Shown: positions 18,825-27,706 of the stretch, piece by piece
How the letters are laid out: each line of letters opens with the position of its first letter
Numbering within the stretch: the stretch's first letter is position 1
Source of the DNA: Bdellovibrionales bacterium
GTDB taxonomy: Bacteria > Pseudomonadota > Alphaproteobacteria > Micavibrionales > JBBKXB01
Length of the DNA: 50,304 bases
Reading direction: 5' to 3'
Assembly (NCBI GenBank): GCA_037969255.1
Contig: JBBKXB010000030.1
Span: forward strand, 1 to 50,304
Position numbers and translations under genes: made by a program
Notes under the pieces: model-generated
Database searches by the model: none
Told to the model about the DNA's origin: nothing
The model's input: only the letters and a program-made list of their open reading frames with translations

Positions 18825-20600
18825 ATGGATAAAACATCATCCCTTAAAAAACTGATACCGATCCAAGAACAAAGCGGTATGGATATGATCAAGCGTATAT
18901 TGGGCGACCATATCGCGCCTTATAAAGGTAAGATCATCATCGCGCTTATCTTTATGGTGGTGTCTGGCGCGATGAGTGGCTTGTTTGCCATGCTGGTTGA
19001 ACCTGTGATTGACCGTGTTTTATCTCCCGAACAAGACGCTTTTACATTATTAATTGTGGGCGGCGTCTGGTTCAGTTTCGTATTTCGCGGCGTGGGCGGT
19101 TATATCTCAGCTGTTAAGATGATTGAAGTGGGGCAAGGCGTTGTAGCCGATTTACAAAAACGTATCTTTGCCAAATTACTATCGCTTGATCTTGCTTATT
19201 TTAGTGCCCACACGAGTGGGTCACTGCAATCGCGTGTGATCAACGATATTAATATTATGCGCATTGCTGTGGTTGACACCATGATGGGGCTTGGTAAATC
19301 GCTGATCACGGTGATCGCGCTTGTGGCGGTCATGTTTTACCAAGACTGGCAATTGACGCTTATTTCCATTGTGACGATGCCGATCATTATCTATGCCATG
19401 GCCAAAATAGGGCGCTTACTTCGAAAAGTGTCCAAAGAAACGCAAGATCAACAAGCGGGATTGGCGGGATATCTTACCCAAATTTTCCAAGGCATTCGTC
19501 AGATCAAATCGTATAACGCACAAACCCATGAAAAAGAACGCAGCGCGAAACAATTTGATGATCTTAGAGATTTAAATATCAAATCCGTGCGCTACTCGAC
19601 TTTATCTATGCCCATCAATGATTTTCTTGTGGCATGTGCCATCGTTGGTTTATTAATGTATGGCGCGTGGTCAGTGAGCGAAGGTCGGTTAACGGCGGGT
19701 GAATTGCTATCATTCATCACGGCATTTTTATTGGCGTATGAGCCGATTAAAAAACTCGCTCGTTTAAACGGCACATTACAATTGGGGCTTGGCGCTTCAG
19801 AACGCATTTTTGATATCATTGATCATGAGATTACCATCAAAGACCCTAAGCGCCCAGAACCGTTACCACCAGCCCCTTACAAAATAGAATTTAAAAATGT
19901 GACGTTTGGTTATGCAAGTGATGAACCCGCCATAACAAGCCTTAATTTGATTATCAAAGCGGGTGAAAAAGTAGCGCTTGTTGGGCCATCGGGGGGTGGT
20001 AAAACCACTATTCTTAATCTTATTCCGCGTTTTTATGACCCTCAGGCGGGACAAATTCTCGTGAATGATGTTGCGTTAATGAATGTTAAAAAATCAAGCT
20101 GGCGTGACCATGTTGCACTTGTCTCGCAAGACATCACTTTGTTTGATGACAGCGTGGCGGGCAATATTCGTTTCGGTCAAAAGAACATCACACAAGAAGG
20201 AATTGAAAAAGCGGCGAAGGCTGCCAACGCGCATCAGTTTATCCAAGACTTGCCCAATGGGTACGGTACATTATTGGGTGAAAATGGTATGCGTTTATCG
20301 GGTGGACAACGCCAACGCATCGCGCTTGCACGAGCGATATTAAAAGATGCGCCTGTGTTACTATTGGACGAGGCGACATCCGCGCTTGATAACGAATCCG
20401 AAGTGCTCATTCAAAAAGCGCTTGATCAATTTTCCAAAGGCCGCACGGTGATCACCATCGCGCATCGTCTTTCAACCATTCAAAATTCGGATCGTATCAT
20501 TGTTATTCAAGGCGGACAGATTGCGGAGCAGGGATCACATGATGTGTTGCTCGCGCAAAATGGTTTGTACGCACAACTCTATAAGGGGAATAACATATAA
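18825..20600 (+). CDS. ABC exporter, fused permease and ATPase, MsbA-like
   Basis: 591-aa ORF with a six-helix TM domain. It has Walker A (GPSGGGKTT), the ABC signature (LSGGQRQR) and Walker B (LLLDEATSALD). Confidence 0.9.
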   Translation: MDKTSSLKKLIPIQEQSGMDMIKRILGDHIAPYKGKIIIALIFMVVSGAMSGLFAMLVEPVIDRVLSPEQDAFTLLIVGGVWFSFVFRGVGGYISAVKMIEVGQGVVADLQKRIFAKLLSLDLAYFSAHTSGSLQSRVINDINIMRIAVVDTMMGLGKSLITVIALVAVMFYQDWQLTLISIVTMPIIIYAMAKIGRLLRKVSKETQDQQAGLAGYLTQIFQGIRQIKSYNAQTHEKERSAKQFDDLRDLNIKSVRYSTLSMPINDFLVACAIVGLLMYGAWSVSEGRLTAGELLSFITAFLLAYEPIKKLARLNGTLQLGLGASERIFDIIDHEITIKDPKRPEPLPPAPYKIEFKNVTFGYASDEPAITSLNLIIKAGEKVALVGPSGGGKTTILNLIPRFYDPQAGQILVNDVALMNVKKSSWRDHVALVSQDITLFDDSVAGNIRFGQKNITQEGIEKAAKAANAHQFIQDLPNGYGTLLGENGMRLSGGQRQRIALARAILKDAPVLLLDEATSALDNESEVLIQKALDQFSKGRTVITIAHRLSTIQNSDRIIVIQGGQIAEQGSHDVLLAQNGLYAQLYKGNNI

Positions 20601-21028
20601 TGCGATTTTTGCTTTCTGTTTTATTGTTCACACTTGTTTTTCCAGCATGGGCAAAGCCATATGTCGAAATTATTGGCGGTGATAACGCCGTAAAGGCACA
20701 TTACGATGTCGAGATCGCCGATGAAATATCCGAGCGCCGTGTTGGCCTCATGAACCGCGAGAAAATGGATGAGGGCGCGGGTATGCTGTTTGTTTTTGAT
20801 CCACCACAACCCGCGACATTTTGGATGATGAACACGCTTATTCCGCTTGATATGATTTTTACAAATGTTGAAGGCGTCATTATTTATATACAACAGAATG
20901 CACAACCCCATGACCTAAGGTCACATGGGCCTCAAGGCGCCTTGGTGCGTTATGTGTTGGAAGTGAATGGCGGTCAATCAGAAAAAAATGCGATTGAACT
21001 CGGCGACAGGCTTGCAATTTTTGAATAA
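20600..21028 (+). CDS. DUF192 domain protein (COG1430 family)
   Basis: 142-aa ORF with a signal peptide and the segment GLMNRE...GMLFVF...FWMMNTLIPLDMIF. Its start overlaps the ABC gene stop (TAATG). Confidence 0.8.
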   Translation: MRFLLSVLLFTLVFPAWAKPYVEIIGGDNAVKAHYDVEIADEISERRVGLMNREKMDEGAGMLFVFDPPQPATFWMMNTLIPLDMIFTNVEGVIIYIQQNAQPHDLRSHGPQGALVRYVLEVNGGQSEKNAIELGDRLAIFE

Positions 21029-21069
21029 TCCGCTTAAACGTATTTTCACCAGCGCTTGATAAGTATCGG

Positions 21070-21146
21070 CGGAGTGTAGCGCAGCCTGGTAGCGCGCCTG
21101 CTTTGGGAGCAGGATGTCGGGGGTTCGAATCCCTCCACTCCGACCA
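21070..21146 (+). tRNA. tRNA-Pro (anticodon UGG), CCA encoded
   Basis: Hand-folded cloverleaf, 77 nt. The acceptor stem is CGGAGTG/CACTCCG, the anticodon arm is CCTGC-TTTGGGA-GCAGG, and the T arm is GGGGG-TTCGAAT-CCCTC. Confidence 0.95.
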
Positions 21147-21266
21147 TTTTTCTTCAAAATATCTAAATCTGATGCGTTAATTTTCAGCTCACGTACTCTT
21201 GCTATACGCATCACTAAAAATGGCCTATCATATTTGGGTATTTTATTGAAAAATTTTGTACTGAGT

Positions 21267-21286
21267 GATTGCGAACCCCCGACATC
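21267..21286. repeat. inverted partial copy of the tRNA-Pro variable-loop/T-arm region
   Basis: GATTGCGAACCCCCGACATC matches the reverse complement of tRNA positions 21113-21131 (GATGTCGGGGGTTCGAATC) at 19 of 20 positions, with a 1-nt insertion. Confidence 0.8.
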
Positions 21287-21371
21287 ATTGAAAGTCCTCA
21301 AAAAAATGAGAACAGCTTGAGCGGTTGGCTATTTGTTGCTAGGTTGCTCTCATAATTTAAGGAGTTATCAC

Positions 21372-21785
21372 ATGATCATTGCCCCATACGCCGCCATCCT
21401 CGCTATTTTGTTTGTCTATTTGACCTATTTGGTCATTAAGGCACGTGGAGAACATAAAATTGCGCTCGGGCAAAGTGTGAACAATGAAACACCGTTTGAT
21501 ATGCTGCGTAAGTTGCGCGCTCAGGGTAATTTCTCAGAAATGGTGCCCTTGGCGTTGATTCTTATTGCATTGAGTGAATTATCGGGCGCTGAGGGTTGGG
21601 CGATCCATTTAGCAGGCTCCGTATTGGTGATTGGACGGATTATGCATGCGGTGAGCCTTTTAAAGGTAGAACGCTACGAAAACGGCGTTTTAACGGGGCG
21701 TATCTTGTTCCGACAACTCGGGATGATCTGTACTTTGGCAGTTATTTTGGCGACTTCCATCTTTTTGCTTGTCAGCGCCTCTTAA
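21372..21785 (+). CDS. MAPEG-family membrane protein (YecN-like)
   Basis: Hydrophobic 137-aa protein. An AAGGAG SD precedes ATG 21372, while the ORF-track start 21333 has no SD. MAPEG-like segments are present (NFSEMVPLALILIAL, GRIMHAVSL). Confidence 0.75.
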   Translation: MIIAPYAAILAILFVYLTYLVIKARGEHKIALGQSVNNETPFDMLRKLRAQGNFSEMVPLALILIALSELSGAEGWAIHLAGSVLVIGRIMHAVSLLKVERYENGVLTGRILFRQLGMICTLAVILATSIFLLVSAS

Positions 21786-21854
21786 ATATGTTTTTTTCCT
21801 TGACACTATAAGGATATGTGGGGCATAAGCCTTAGTTCTACTTGGAGATTTTAA

Positions 21855-22340
21855 ATGATTAAAACAATGACTGCCAGCATCAAACCAGCTGACGTAACTA
21901 AAAAATGGATTATTATTGACGCACAAGACGCTGTTCTTGGTCGTCTCGCGAGCTTTGTGGCTGTGCGCCTTCGTGGCAAGCATTTGCCTTTTTACACACC
22001 TCACGTTGATTGTGGTGACAATGTTGTAATTATCAATGCTGAAAAAGTGGCTCTGACTGGTAAAAAAGCACATTCTTATGATGATCGCTTTTTCTGGCAC
22101 ACAGGCTACCCTGGGGGTATCAAATCTAAAACTAAGGGCGAAATTCTTGATGGTGAACATCCTGAACGCGTGGTTGAAAATGCCATTCGTCGCATGTTGC
22201 CAAAAGACAGCGCTCTTGCTCGTCAACAAGTTAAAAATTTACGCGTGTATGCAGGTACGGATCACCCGCACACAGCGCAGCAACCTGAAGTCATTGATTT
22301 CAAAACATTAAACCGCAAAAACAGTAAGTCAGGCGAATAA
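21855..22340 (+). CDS. rplM: 50S ribosomal protein L13
   Basis: 161-aa ORF containing [20 protein letters not shown]. It lies directly upstream of rpsI. Confidence 0.97.
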   Translation: MIKTMTASIKPADVTKKWIIIDAQDAVLGRLASFVAVRLRGKHLPFYTPHVDCGDNVVIINAEKVALTGKKAHSYDDRFFWHTGYPGGIKSKTKGEILDGEHPERVVENAIRRMLPKDSALARQQVKNLRVYAGTDHPHTAQQPEVIDFKTLNRKNSKSGE

Positions 22341-22349
22341 GGTCATATT

Positions 22350-22922
22350 ATGGTTGAAGTAACAAAAGTCCCATCACGTAAGAAAAAAACTGAAGAAAAT
22401 ACAGTCGTGGCTGATGCGTTAAAAGATGCAAAAGTTCAAGCTGATACGATCGAAACTTCAGAAAAAACCACATCAGAAGCAACAGTGGAAACACCTGTTG
22501 TTGAAGAAGTACCACGCGAACCTAAAGTTGATGCGCAAGGTCGTGCCTATGGTACAGGTCGTCGTAAAAATTCAACAGCACGCGTATTTTTAAAGCCTGG
22601 TAAAGGTCAAGTGGTTATCAATGGTAAACCGCAACAAGAATATTTCCGTCGTCAAACACAATTATTGGTTCTTAACCAACCGTTTTTATTGGCCGATCGC
22701 GTTAATCAATATGATGTGATGTGCACAGTAAAAGGTGGCGGTTTGTCAGGACAAGCGGGCGCCGTACGTCACGGCATCGCACGCGCACTTGATAACATCG
22801 ACCCAACAATCCACACGACATTGAAAGTGGCAGGTTTGCTGACACGTGATAGCCGTATGGTTGAGCGTAAAAAAGTTGGTCTTCACAAAGCCCGTCGTTC
22901 GAAACAGTGGGCGAAACGTTAA
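22350..22922 (+). CDS. rpsI: 30S ribosomal protein S9 with a long N-terminal extension
   Basis: The C-terminal 130 aa or so are canonical S9 (GTGRRKNSTARVFLKPG, GGGLSGQAGAVRHGIARAL, RRSKQWAKR). An acidic, Thr-rich extension of about 60 aa precedes them. Confidence 0.97.
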   Translation: MVEVTKVPSRKKKTEENTVVADALKDAKVQADTIETSEKTTSEATVETPVVEEVPREPKVDAQGRAYGTGRRKNSTARVFLKPGKGQVVINGKPQQEYFRRQTQLLVLNQPFLLADRVNQYDVMCTVKGGGLSGQAGAVRHGIARALDNIDPTIHTTLKVAGLLTRDSRMVERKKVGLHKARRSKQWAKR

Positions 22923-22951
22923 TCTCGTTTCTCAAATCAGAATTTCAAAAA

Positions 22952-22976
22952 AGCTCGATTTATTCGGGCTTTTTTT
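22952..22976 (+). terminator. rho-independent terminator after rpsI
   Basis: AGCTCGA-TTTAT-TCGGGCT (7 bp, one G.U pair) followed by a T run. An A run precedes it, so it could work in both directions. Confidence 0.6.
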
Positions 22977-22991
22977 ATGGTTTAAGTATTA

Positions 22992-23330
22992 TCAGTGCAA
23001 CTTATGACCGTTCGGTATGATTTTATCGGGTTTGATTAATACGATTTCATCATTGCTATCGGATAACCCTAAGCATAAGAATTGCGACATGAAGCCTGCG
23101 ATATTGCGTTCTCCTAGGTTTATACACCCCATGACTTGTCGTCCTATTAGCGTCTCTGGTGTGTAATGCGCTGTGATTTGCGCGGAGGTTTGGAGCGTGC
23201 CAATTTCATCACCGAAATCGACCCATAATTTGAGGGCAGGCTTGCGCGCTTTGGGAAATTCTTCGCTTTTGATCACCGTGCCAACGCGGATATCCACGTT
23301 CAAAAATTCATCGATTGTAATATTTTTCAT
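22992..23330 (-). CDS. tRNA-binding domain protein (CsaA/EMAP-like)
   Basis: 112-aa ORF with an OB-fold tRNA-binding signature (FLNVDIRVGTVI...KLWVDFGDEIGTLQTSAQIT). Confidence 0.85.
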   Translation of the reverse strand: MKNITIDEFLNVDIRVGTVIKSEEFPKARKPALKLWVDFGDEIGTLQTSAQITAHYTPETLIGRQVMGCINLGERNIAGFMSQFLCLGLSDSNDEIVLIKPDKIIPNGHKLH

Positions 23331-23347
23331 GGATAGACTTTATAATA

Positions 23348-23884
23348 ATGCGAAAACCAGTCAATATGCTTCCCATGCCCATCATCAGACCTTACCGCGA
23401 TAAACATCCTAAAATTCACCCAAGCGCATTTATTGCCGAGGACGCCGTTATTATTGGCGACGTTGAAATAGGCGAGGAAGCCAGCATTTGGTACGGCTGT
23501 ATTTTGCGCGGAGACGTCGGGGACATTAAAATTGGTGCACGATCCAACGTTCAAGATCAAACCATGATCCATTGCACCCACGATTTCAAAGGCACGCACG
23601 TTGGAGAAGACGTCACAATTGGTCACACAGCCATTTTGCACGCGTGCGATGTGAATGATGGAGGATTTGTCGGTATGGGTGCGACCATCCTTGATGGCGC
23701 GGTTGTGGAGGGGCGGGCTATGGTTGCGGCGGGCGCACTTGTGACCTCTCATAAAATAGTTAAATCGGGTGAATTGTGGGCAGGCAGCCCCGCAAAACTT
23801 ATGCGTGCGTTAACGGATAAAGACTATGAACATATCGCGTGGAACAGCGCTCATTATGTGCGTTTAAGCCGAGAATATCTCTAA
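23348..23884 (+). CDS. gamma-class carbonic anhydrase-like hexapeptide-repeat protein (YrdA/PaaY family)
   Basis: 178-aa ORF with left-handed beta-helix repeats (IHPSAFIAEDAVIIGDVEIGEEASIWYGCILRGD). The true start may be the downstream ATG at 23366 or 23372. Confidence 0.88.
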   Translation: MRKPVNMLPMPIIRPYRDKHPKIHPSAFIAEDAVIIGDVEIGEEASIWYGCILRGDVGDIKIGARSNVQDQTMIHCTHDFKGTHVGEDVTIGHTAILHACDVNDGGFVGMGATILDGAVVEGRAMVAAGALVTSHKIVKSGELWAGSPAKLMRALTDKDYEHIAWNSAHYVRLSREYL

Positions 23885-23896
23885 AATTAACTAATG

Positions 23897-23926
23897 TTTA
23901 CATATTCTTAATTTTTATGTTATACT
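23897..23926 (+). promoter_or_regulatory. putative sigma70-type promoter
   Basis: TTTACA (23897-23902), 18-nt spacer, TATACT (23921-23926). It lies upstream of a 14-codon mini-ORF and the 24025 gene. Confidence 0.4.
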
Positions 23927-24024
23927 ATTGAAACAATTAAATAAGTATATGAGGGTATCATGGGTACAACTATTATCGGAAAAAAGCAGACTGGCGAGAT
24001 CTAGGAGATCAATCTAGCAAACTA

Positions 24025-25161
24025 ATGATTGGTGTTTATAGAAGTAATGCTAATCAAAAAGGCACTAGCACTATACCCATTGGAGAACGAGAAAGTTATT
24101 TGAACTCCAAAGAGCGGTTGAACGATTTTAAAAACATATGTGTAAAAGCCAAAACTTGCCTTGATGAAATAACATCCAAATTTAACGCTGACACTCCACA
24201 ATGGGCTGAACATAGAGATATTACAGCTAACGCTTTGGCATACTTAGAGGATCAATCACAATCAGACGATCAAAAAGCGGTTTATCAAGAAAAAGCAGAT
24301 GCATTGTATAATGAATGTATGGAAAGCAACAGAGGTCCAACTTTACAAATAGCCATGCGCCGATTAGATCAGCTTGATCCAAAAGACCCAAAGTACGCAC
24401 AGTATGTGTCCGCACTTCCAAAAATATTTGATAGTGGCTGGGTAGTAAAAACCCATATGCATGAAATTGATGATAATCATAGAAATACTAATTACTGGAT
24501 TGATAAAGCTCAAAAATGTGCAGGCACACACCCAGGTCTTCTTAGAAAAGCCCTTATGCGGTTGGATAGTGAAGTGGAAGAGGATTTAGATCTCTATGAT
24601 GCTAGGCTTGAAGATAAGCGTACAGATTTACTCGGCGACTCGTTTCGTAATATAGCCGCAGGCAGATTAGCTAGCATTGCTAGAATGCTAGACGACCCTG
24701 CCTTAAAAGCAAAAGTTGAAAACCGTGCTAATTATATTAAGCAACGCACTTGGGATGGGCATAAAGAATATGGTACGCCACTACACAAGACGCTCGGAAC
24801 TCTCGTATCAAAACGGAACAGCGCTGAAATGGATGCTTGGGAGTTGGCACGCAAACAAGAAATCACAGGATTTTCAGCTGAGGAGTTGAAGATAGAGTCT
24901 TTTGAAAATTCTGCTAGTGAGGCTCAGGCCTCAACATTTTACAGGGAATATACGAACAAACAAGATGAAGTCTATGGTCGTGGCTATGACAATGAAAATA
25001 AGTATCTTGAAACGCAAAGCAATGCAAGAAAAGCAATTGCGGCAAGACCTTTGACAAATACACAAAAAGCTTGGGCAAAAGTTGCGCCACTAATTGTAAT
25101 GCCTAAAATTTCAGTAACTCAGGCACAAAAGGGTATGGCTCAACCTGCGCAAGTAATGTGA
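24025..25161 (+). CDS. hypothetical hydrophilic helical protein, ORFan
   Basis: 378-aa ORF with no signal peptide, no TM segment and no domain I recognise. It looks A+T-rich by eye. No SD precedes ATG 24025. Confidence 0.55.
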   Translation: MIGVYRSNANQKGTSTIPIGERESYLNSKERLNDFKNICVKAKTCLDEITSKFNADTPQWAEHRDITANALAYLEDQSQSDDQKAVYQEKADALYNECMESNRGPTLQIAMRRLDQLDPKDPKYAQYVSALPKIFDSGWVVKTHMHEIDDNHRNTNYWIDKAQKCAGTHPGLLRKALMRLDSEVEEDLDLYDARLEDKRTDLLGDSFRNIAAGRLASIARMLDDPALKAKVENRANYIKQRTWDGHKEYGTPLHKTLGTLVSKRNSAEMDAWELARKQEITGFSAEELKIESFENSASEAQASTFYREYTNKQDEVYGRGYDNENKYLETQSNARKAIAARPLTNTQKAWAKVAPLIVMPKISVTQAQKGMAQPAQVM

Positions 25162-25206
25162 TTCTTTAAGGAGTACTTTCTTGATATCTAGGTGTAATTT
25201 ATAAAG

Positions 25207-25809
25207 TTAAGAACAATACGTATCGGGATCAATAAATCCGCTGTGACCATTTTTATAGGGATGTGCACGCAACTCTAAAACGGCTCCTGATTTTGGATCA
25301 CGCCAAAAAAACTCTGTGCCATTGTCTAATGCTTCGGCGTATTTTTTTGGATCATGATCTCTTGCTTTAGCAAATATTTGCGAAGGTGTTAAAAAGTTGA
25401 ATTTTTTCCCGTCATTTTTTCTTGCAAACTGGCTTTTAACAGAAATAGGGGGCTTGGTTTTGGTTTGCGGGAAGGCAAAACCAAATGCTTCATTAATTAA
25501 CTTTATTGTGTGTTCATAGTCTGTATCAATATCATCGTAATGGCGCGTTAAAGCGTCCAATTTAGCTACAGTTGCCTGTTCAAGTGTTAATTCTTTACCG
25601 CACTCAACCATCTTTGAGATCATGTTTTTTCTAATTCTTAAAGCACCTAATATATTTGCAACATGCCCAAAGCGTGATCCACTGTCATTATGACGACGTG
25701 CGTATTCATAAACATATAGTGATAATGTTTGTGAGAAATTAAATTGTTTCTCAACCGACTTATCTTCCAAAACTAATTTAGTATCAATACGCATAATAAA
25801 AGGTATCAA
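25207..25809 (-). CDS. hypothetical protein, ORFan, co-directional with and 25 nt downstream of phaC
   Basis: 200-aa ORF with no domain I recognise. It looks A+T-rich by eye. Confidence 0.55.
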   Translation of the reverse strand: MIPFIMRIDTKLVLEDKSVEKQFNFSQTLSLYVYEYARRHNDSGSRFGHVANILGALRIRKNMISKMVECGKELTLEQATVAKLDALTRHYDDIDTDYEHTIKLINEAFGFAFPQTKTKPPISVKSQFARKNDGKKFNFLTPSQIFAKARDHDPKKYAEALDNGTEFFWRDPKSGAVLELRAHPYKNGHSGFIDPDTYCS

Positions 25810-25834
25810 TTAATTATACATAATACAACTACTT

Positions 25835-27664
25835 TTATAAAACGTATTTGCCTGGGGCTTTGCCAAAGGTTTTTGATGGTGGGGTGGGGGCTTTGATTTG
25901 TGTCTCACCTTTTGAGAGCCATGTGTGCCAATGGGGCCACCAGGATCCATCTTGCTGAGTTGCGTTCATCAACCAATCATCGGTTGCCTTTGGCAAGTCG
26001 CTAGATGTCCAAAACCCGTATTTGTTCTTTGCGGGCGGGTTAATAACACCAGCCACATGACCAGAGCCAGAAAGCGTGAAGATGGTATCGCCACTCACTT
26101 TGCGTGCGCTTTTATAGGTCGCTTTCCATGGCGCGATATGGTCATCTTTGGCGGATAAGAAATAGCTCGGTGTTTTGATTGAGTTTACATCCAAAGTTAC
26201 GCCATCAAGTTCATATTGTCCGTTCGCGAGTTTATTTTGGATATAACAAGACCTTAAATAATCGGAGTGGAATGCGGCGGGTAAGTTGGTGACATCACTG
26301 TTCCAAAACAACATATCAAAGGCCGCAGGATCGCGTCCCATCCAATAATTATTCACGACGTATGACCAAATCATGTCGTTGGCACGGAGCATCGCAAAGG
26401 TGGCTTCCATGACTTTGCCATCGAGGTAGCCTTTTTCCGCCATCTTTTTCTCAATTTCCACGATTTGATCATCATCAATGAAAATGGACAGATCACCCGC
26501 ATCTTTGAAATCGATTAATGTGGTTAAGAATGTGGCTTTTTTAATGCGGTTCTCTTGACCTTTGGCGGTGAGCCACGCCAATGTCATGGATAATAATGTG
26601 CCACCAATGCAATAACCCAAGACATTTGTGCTTGTTTCCCCAGTGCGTTTTTCAATGTGTGTGAGTGCGCACAAAATACCATCATGCATGTAATCTTTGA
26701 ACGTCACATTGCGCATTTTACTATCGGGATTTTTCCATGAGATTAGGAACACGCGCTGACCATTATCAAGCGCATGTTTGATAAAGCTATTTTCCTCACG
26801 CAAATCCAAGATATAAAATTTATTAATCCAAGGGGCGACAATCAAAAGCGGTGTTTTGTTGACCATTTTTGTTGTGGGTGTGTATTCAATTAATTCCATC
26901 ATATCATTGCGATAAATGACGTGCCCAGCCGTGGTGGCGACATCGCGCCCAATTTTAAAGAGGCCTTTTTGCGAGGTTTTGATCGTCCAAGAATTACGAG
27001 CGTTTTCCAAATCCTCTTTCATATTTTGTAATCCGCGCACAAGGTTATCACCGCCCGTTTTGGCAATCTCGTCAATCACATCGGGATTGGTGAGCGGGTT
27101 ATTAGCGGGGCTAAGCGCATCAATAATTTGACGCGAGAAGAAATTCATACGGGATTTAAGTTTTGGCGAGATCGTGTCGCTTTCATCAACGGCGCGCAGG
27201 AGTATATTTGAAAAAATGCCGTATGATTTGCGCATAAAGTCAAAAAATGGATGCGTTGTCCAAGCCTCGTTTTTAAAGCGTTTGTCACGAATATCATCGG
27301 GCGTTTTAATACCACTTGATAGATTTTGAATGCCATCGGTGTAAATGCCCATCCATTCCATCCAAAATTGCTGTTGATAGCCCATATAGCGTGCAGGATC
27401 CTCGGCCATATCCGCCATCACCGCCGCCATGATTTTTCCAAAGCCAAATGGATCGTGATTTTTGCCCGCCATGTCTTCTTTTGGCGTGTTTAATTGTATG
27501 ATCAATGTCATGACATCTTGCCAAAGGGGTAGTATTTTCATGAGGTTTTGTGCCAACAATGCTTGGTCAAACTTTGCTAATTCTGGGGCTAACTTGGGGA
27601 TAGCTGAATTATCTTTGTTCACGGGGGCTTTCCTTTTGTTTGTCATGTAGGTAACTTGATGCAA
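25835..27664 (-). CDS. phaC: class I poly(3-hydroxyalkanoate) synthase
   Basis: 609-aa ORF with an alpha/beta-hydrolase fold and the lipase box GYCIGG. Its length and N-terminal domain fit PhaC. An alternative start is ATG 27646. Confidence 0.93.
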   Translation of the reverse strand: MHQVTYMTNKRKAPVNKDNSAIPKLAPELAKFDQALLAQNLMKILPLWQDVMTLIIQLNTPKEDMAGKNHDPFGFGKIMAAVMADMAEDPARYMGYQQQFWMEWMGIYTDGIQNLSSGIKTPDDIRDKRFKNEAWTTHPFFDFMRKSYGIFSNILLRAVDESDTISPKLKSRMNFFSRQIIDALSPANNPLTNPDVIDEIAKTGGDNLVRGLQNMKEDLENARNSWTIKTSQKGLFKIGRDVATTAGHVIYRNDMMELIEYTPTTKMVNKTPLLIVAPWINKFYILDLREENSFIKHALDNGQRVFLISWKNPDSKMRNVTFKDYMHDGILCALTHIEKRTGETSTNVLGYCIGGTLLSMTLAWLTAKGQENRIKKATFLTTLIDFKDAGDLSIFIDDDQIVEIEKKMAEKGYLDGKVMEATFAMLRANDMIWSYVVNNYWMGRDPAAFDMLFWNSDVTNLPAAFHSDYLRSCYIQNKLANGQYELDGVTLDVNSIKTPSYFLSAKDDHIAPWKATYKSARKVSGDTIFTLSGSGHVAGVINPPAKNKYGFWTSSDLPKATDDWLMNATQQDGSWWPHWHTWLSKGETQIKAPTPPSKTFGKAPGKYVL

Positions 27665-27706
27665 GAATTTTTAACCAAGGTCAAGACAGAGGGTCAAGAC
27701 GAACGA

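Noticed and set aside
20978-21301. 107-aa minus-strand ORF.
   Set aside because: It spans the well-folded tRNA-Pro gene and the spacer downstream of it. It is an artefact of the open frame.
21800-21828. TTGACA-N17-GCATAA as the rplM promoter.
   Set aside because: The -35 is perfect but the -10 candidate is poor. I did not list it as a feature.
21690-22229. 179-aa minus-strand ORF.
   Set aside because: It is antisense to the MAPEG 3' end and to rplM, both supported by clear family signatures.
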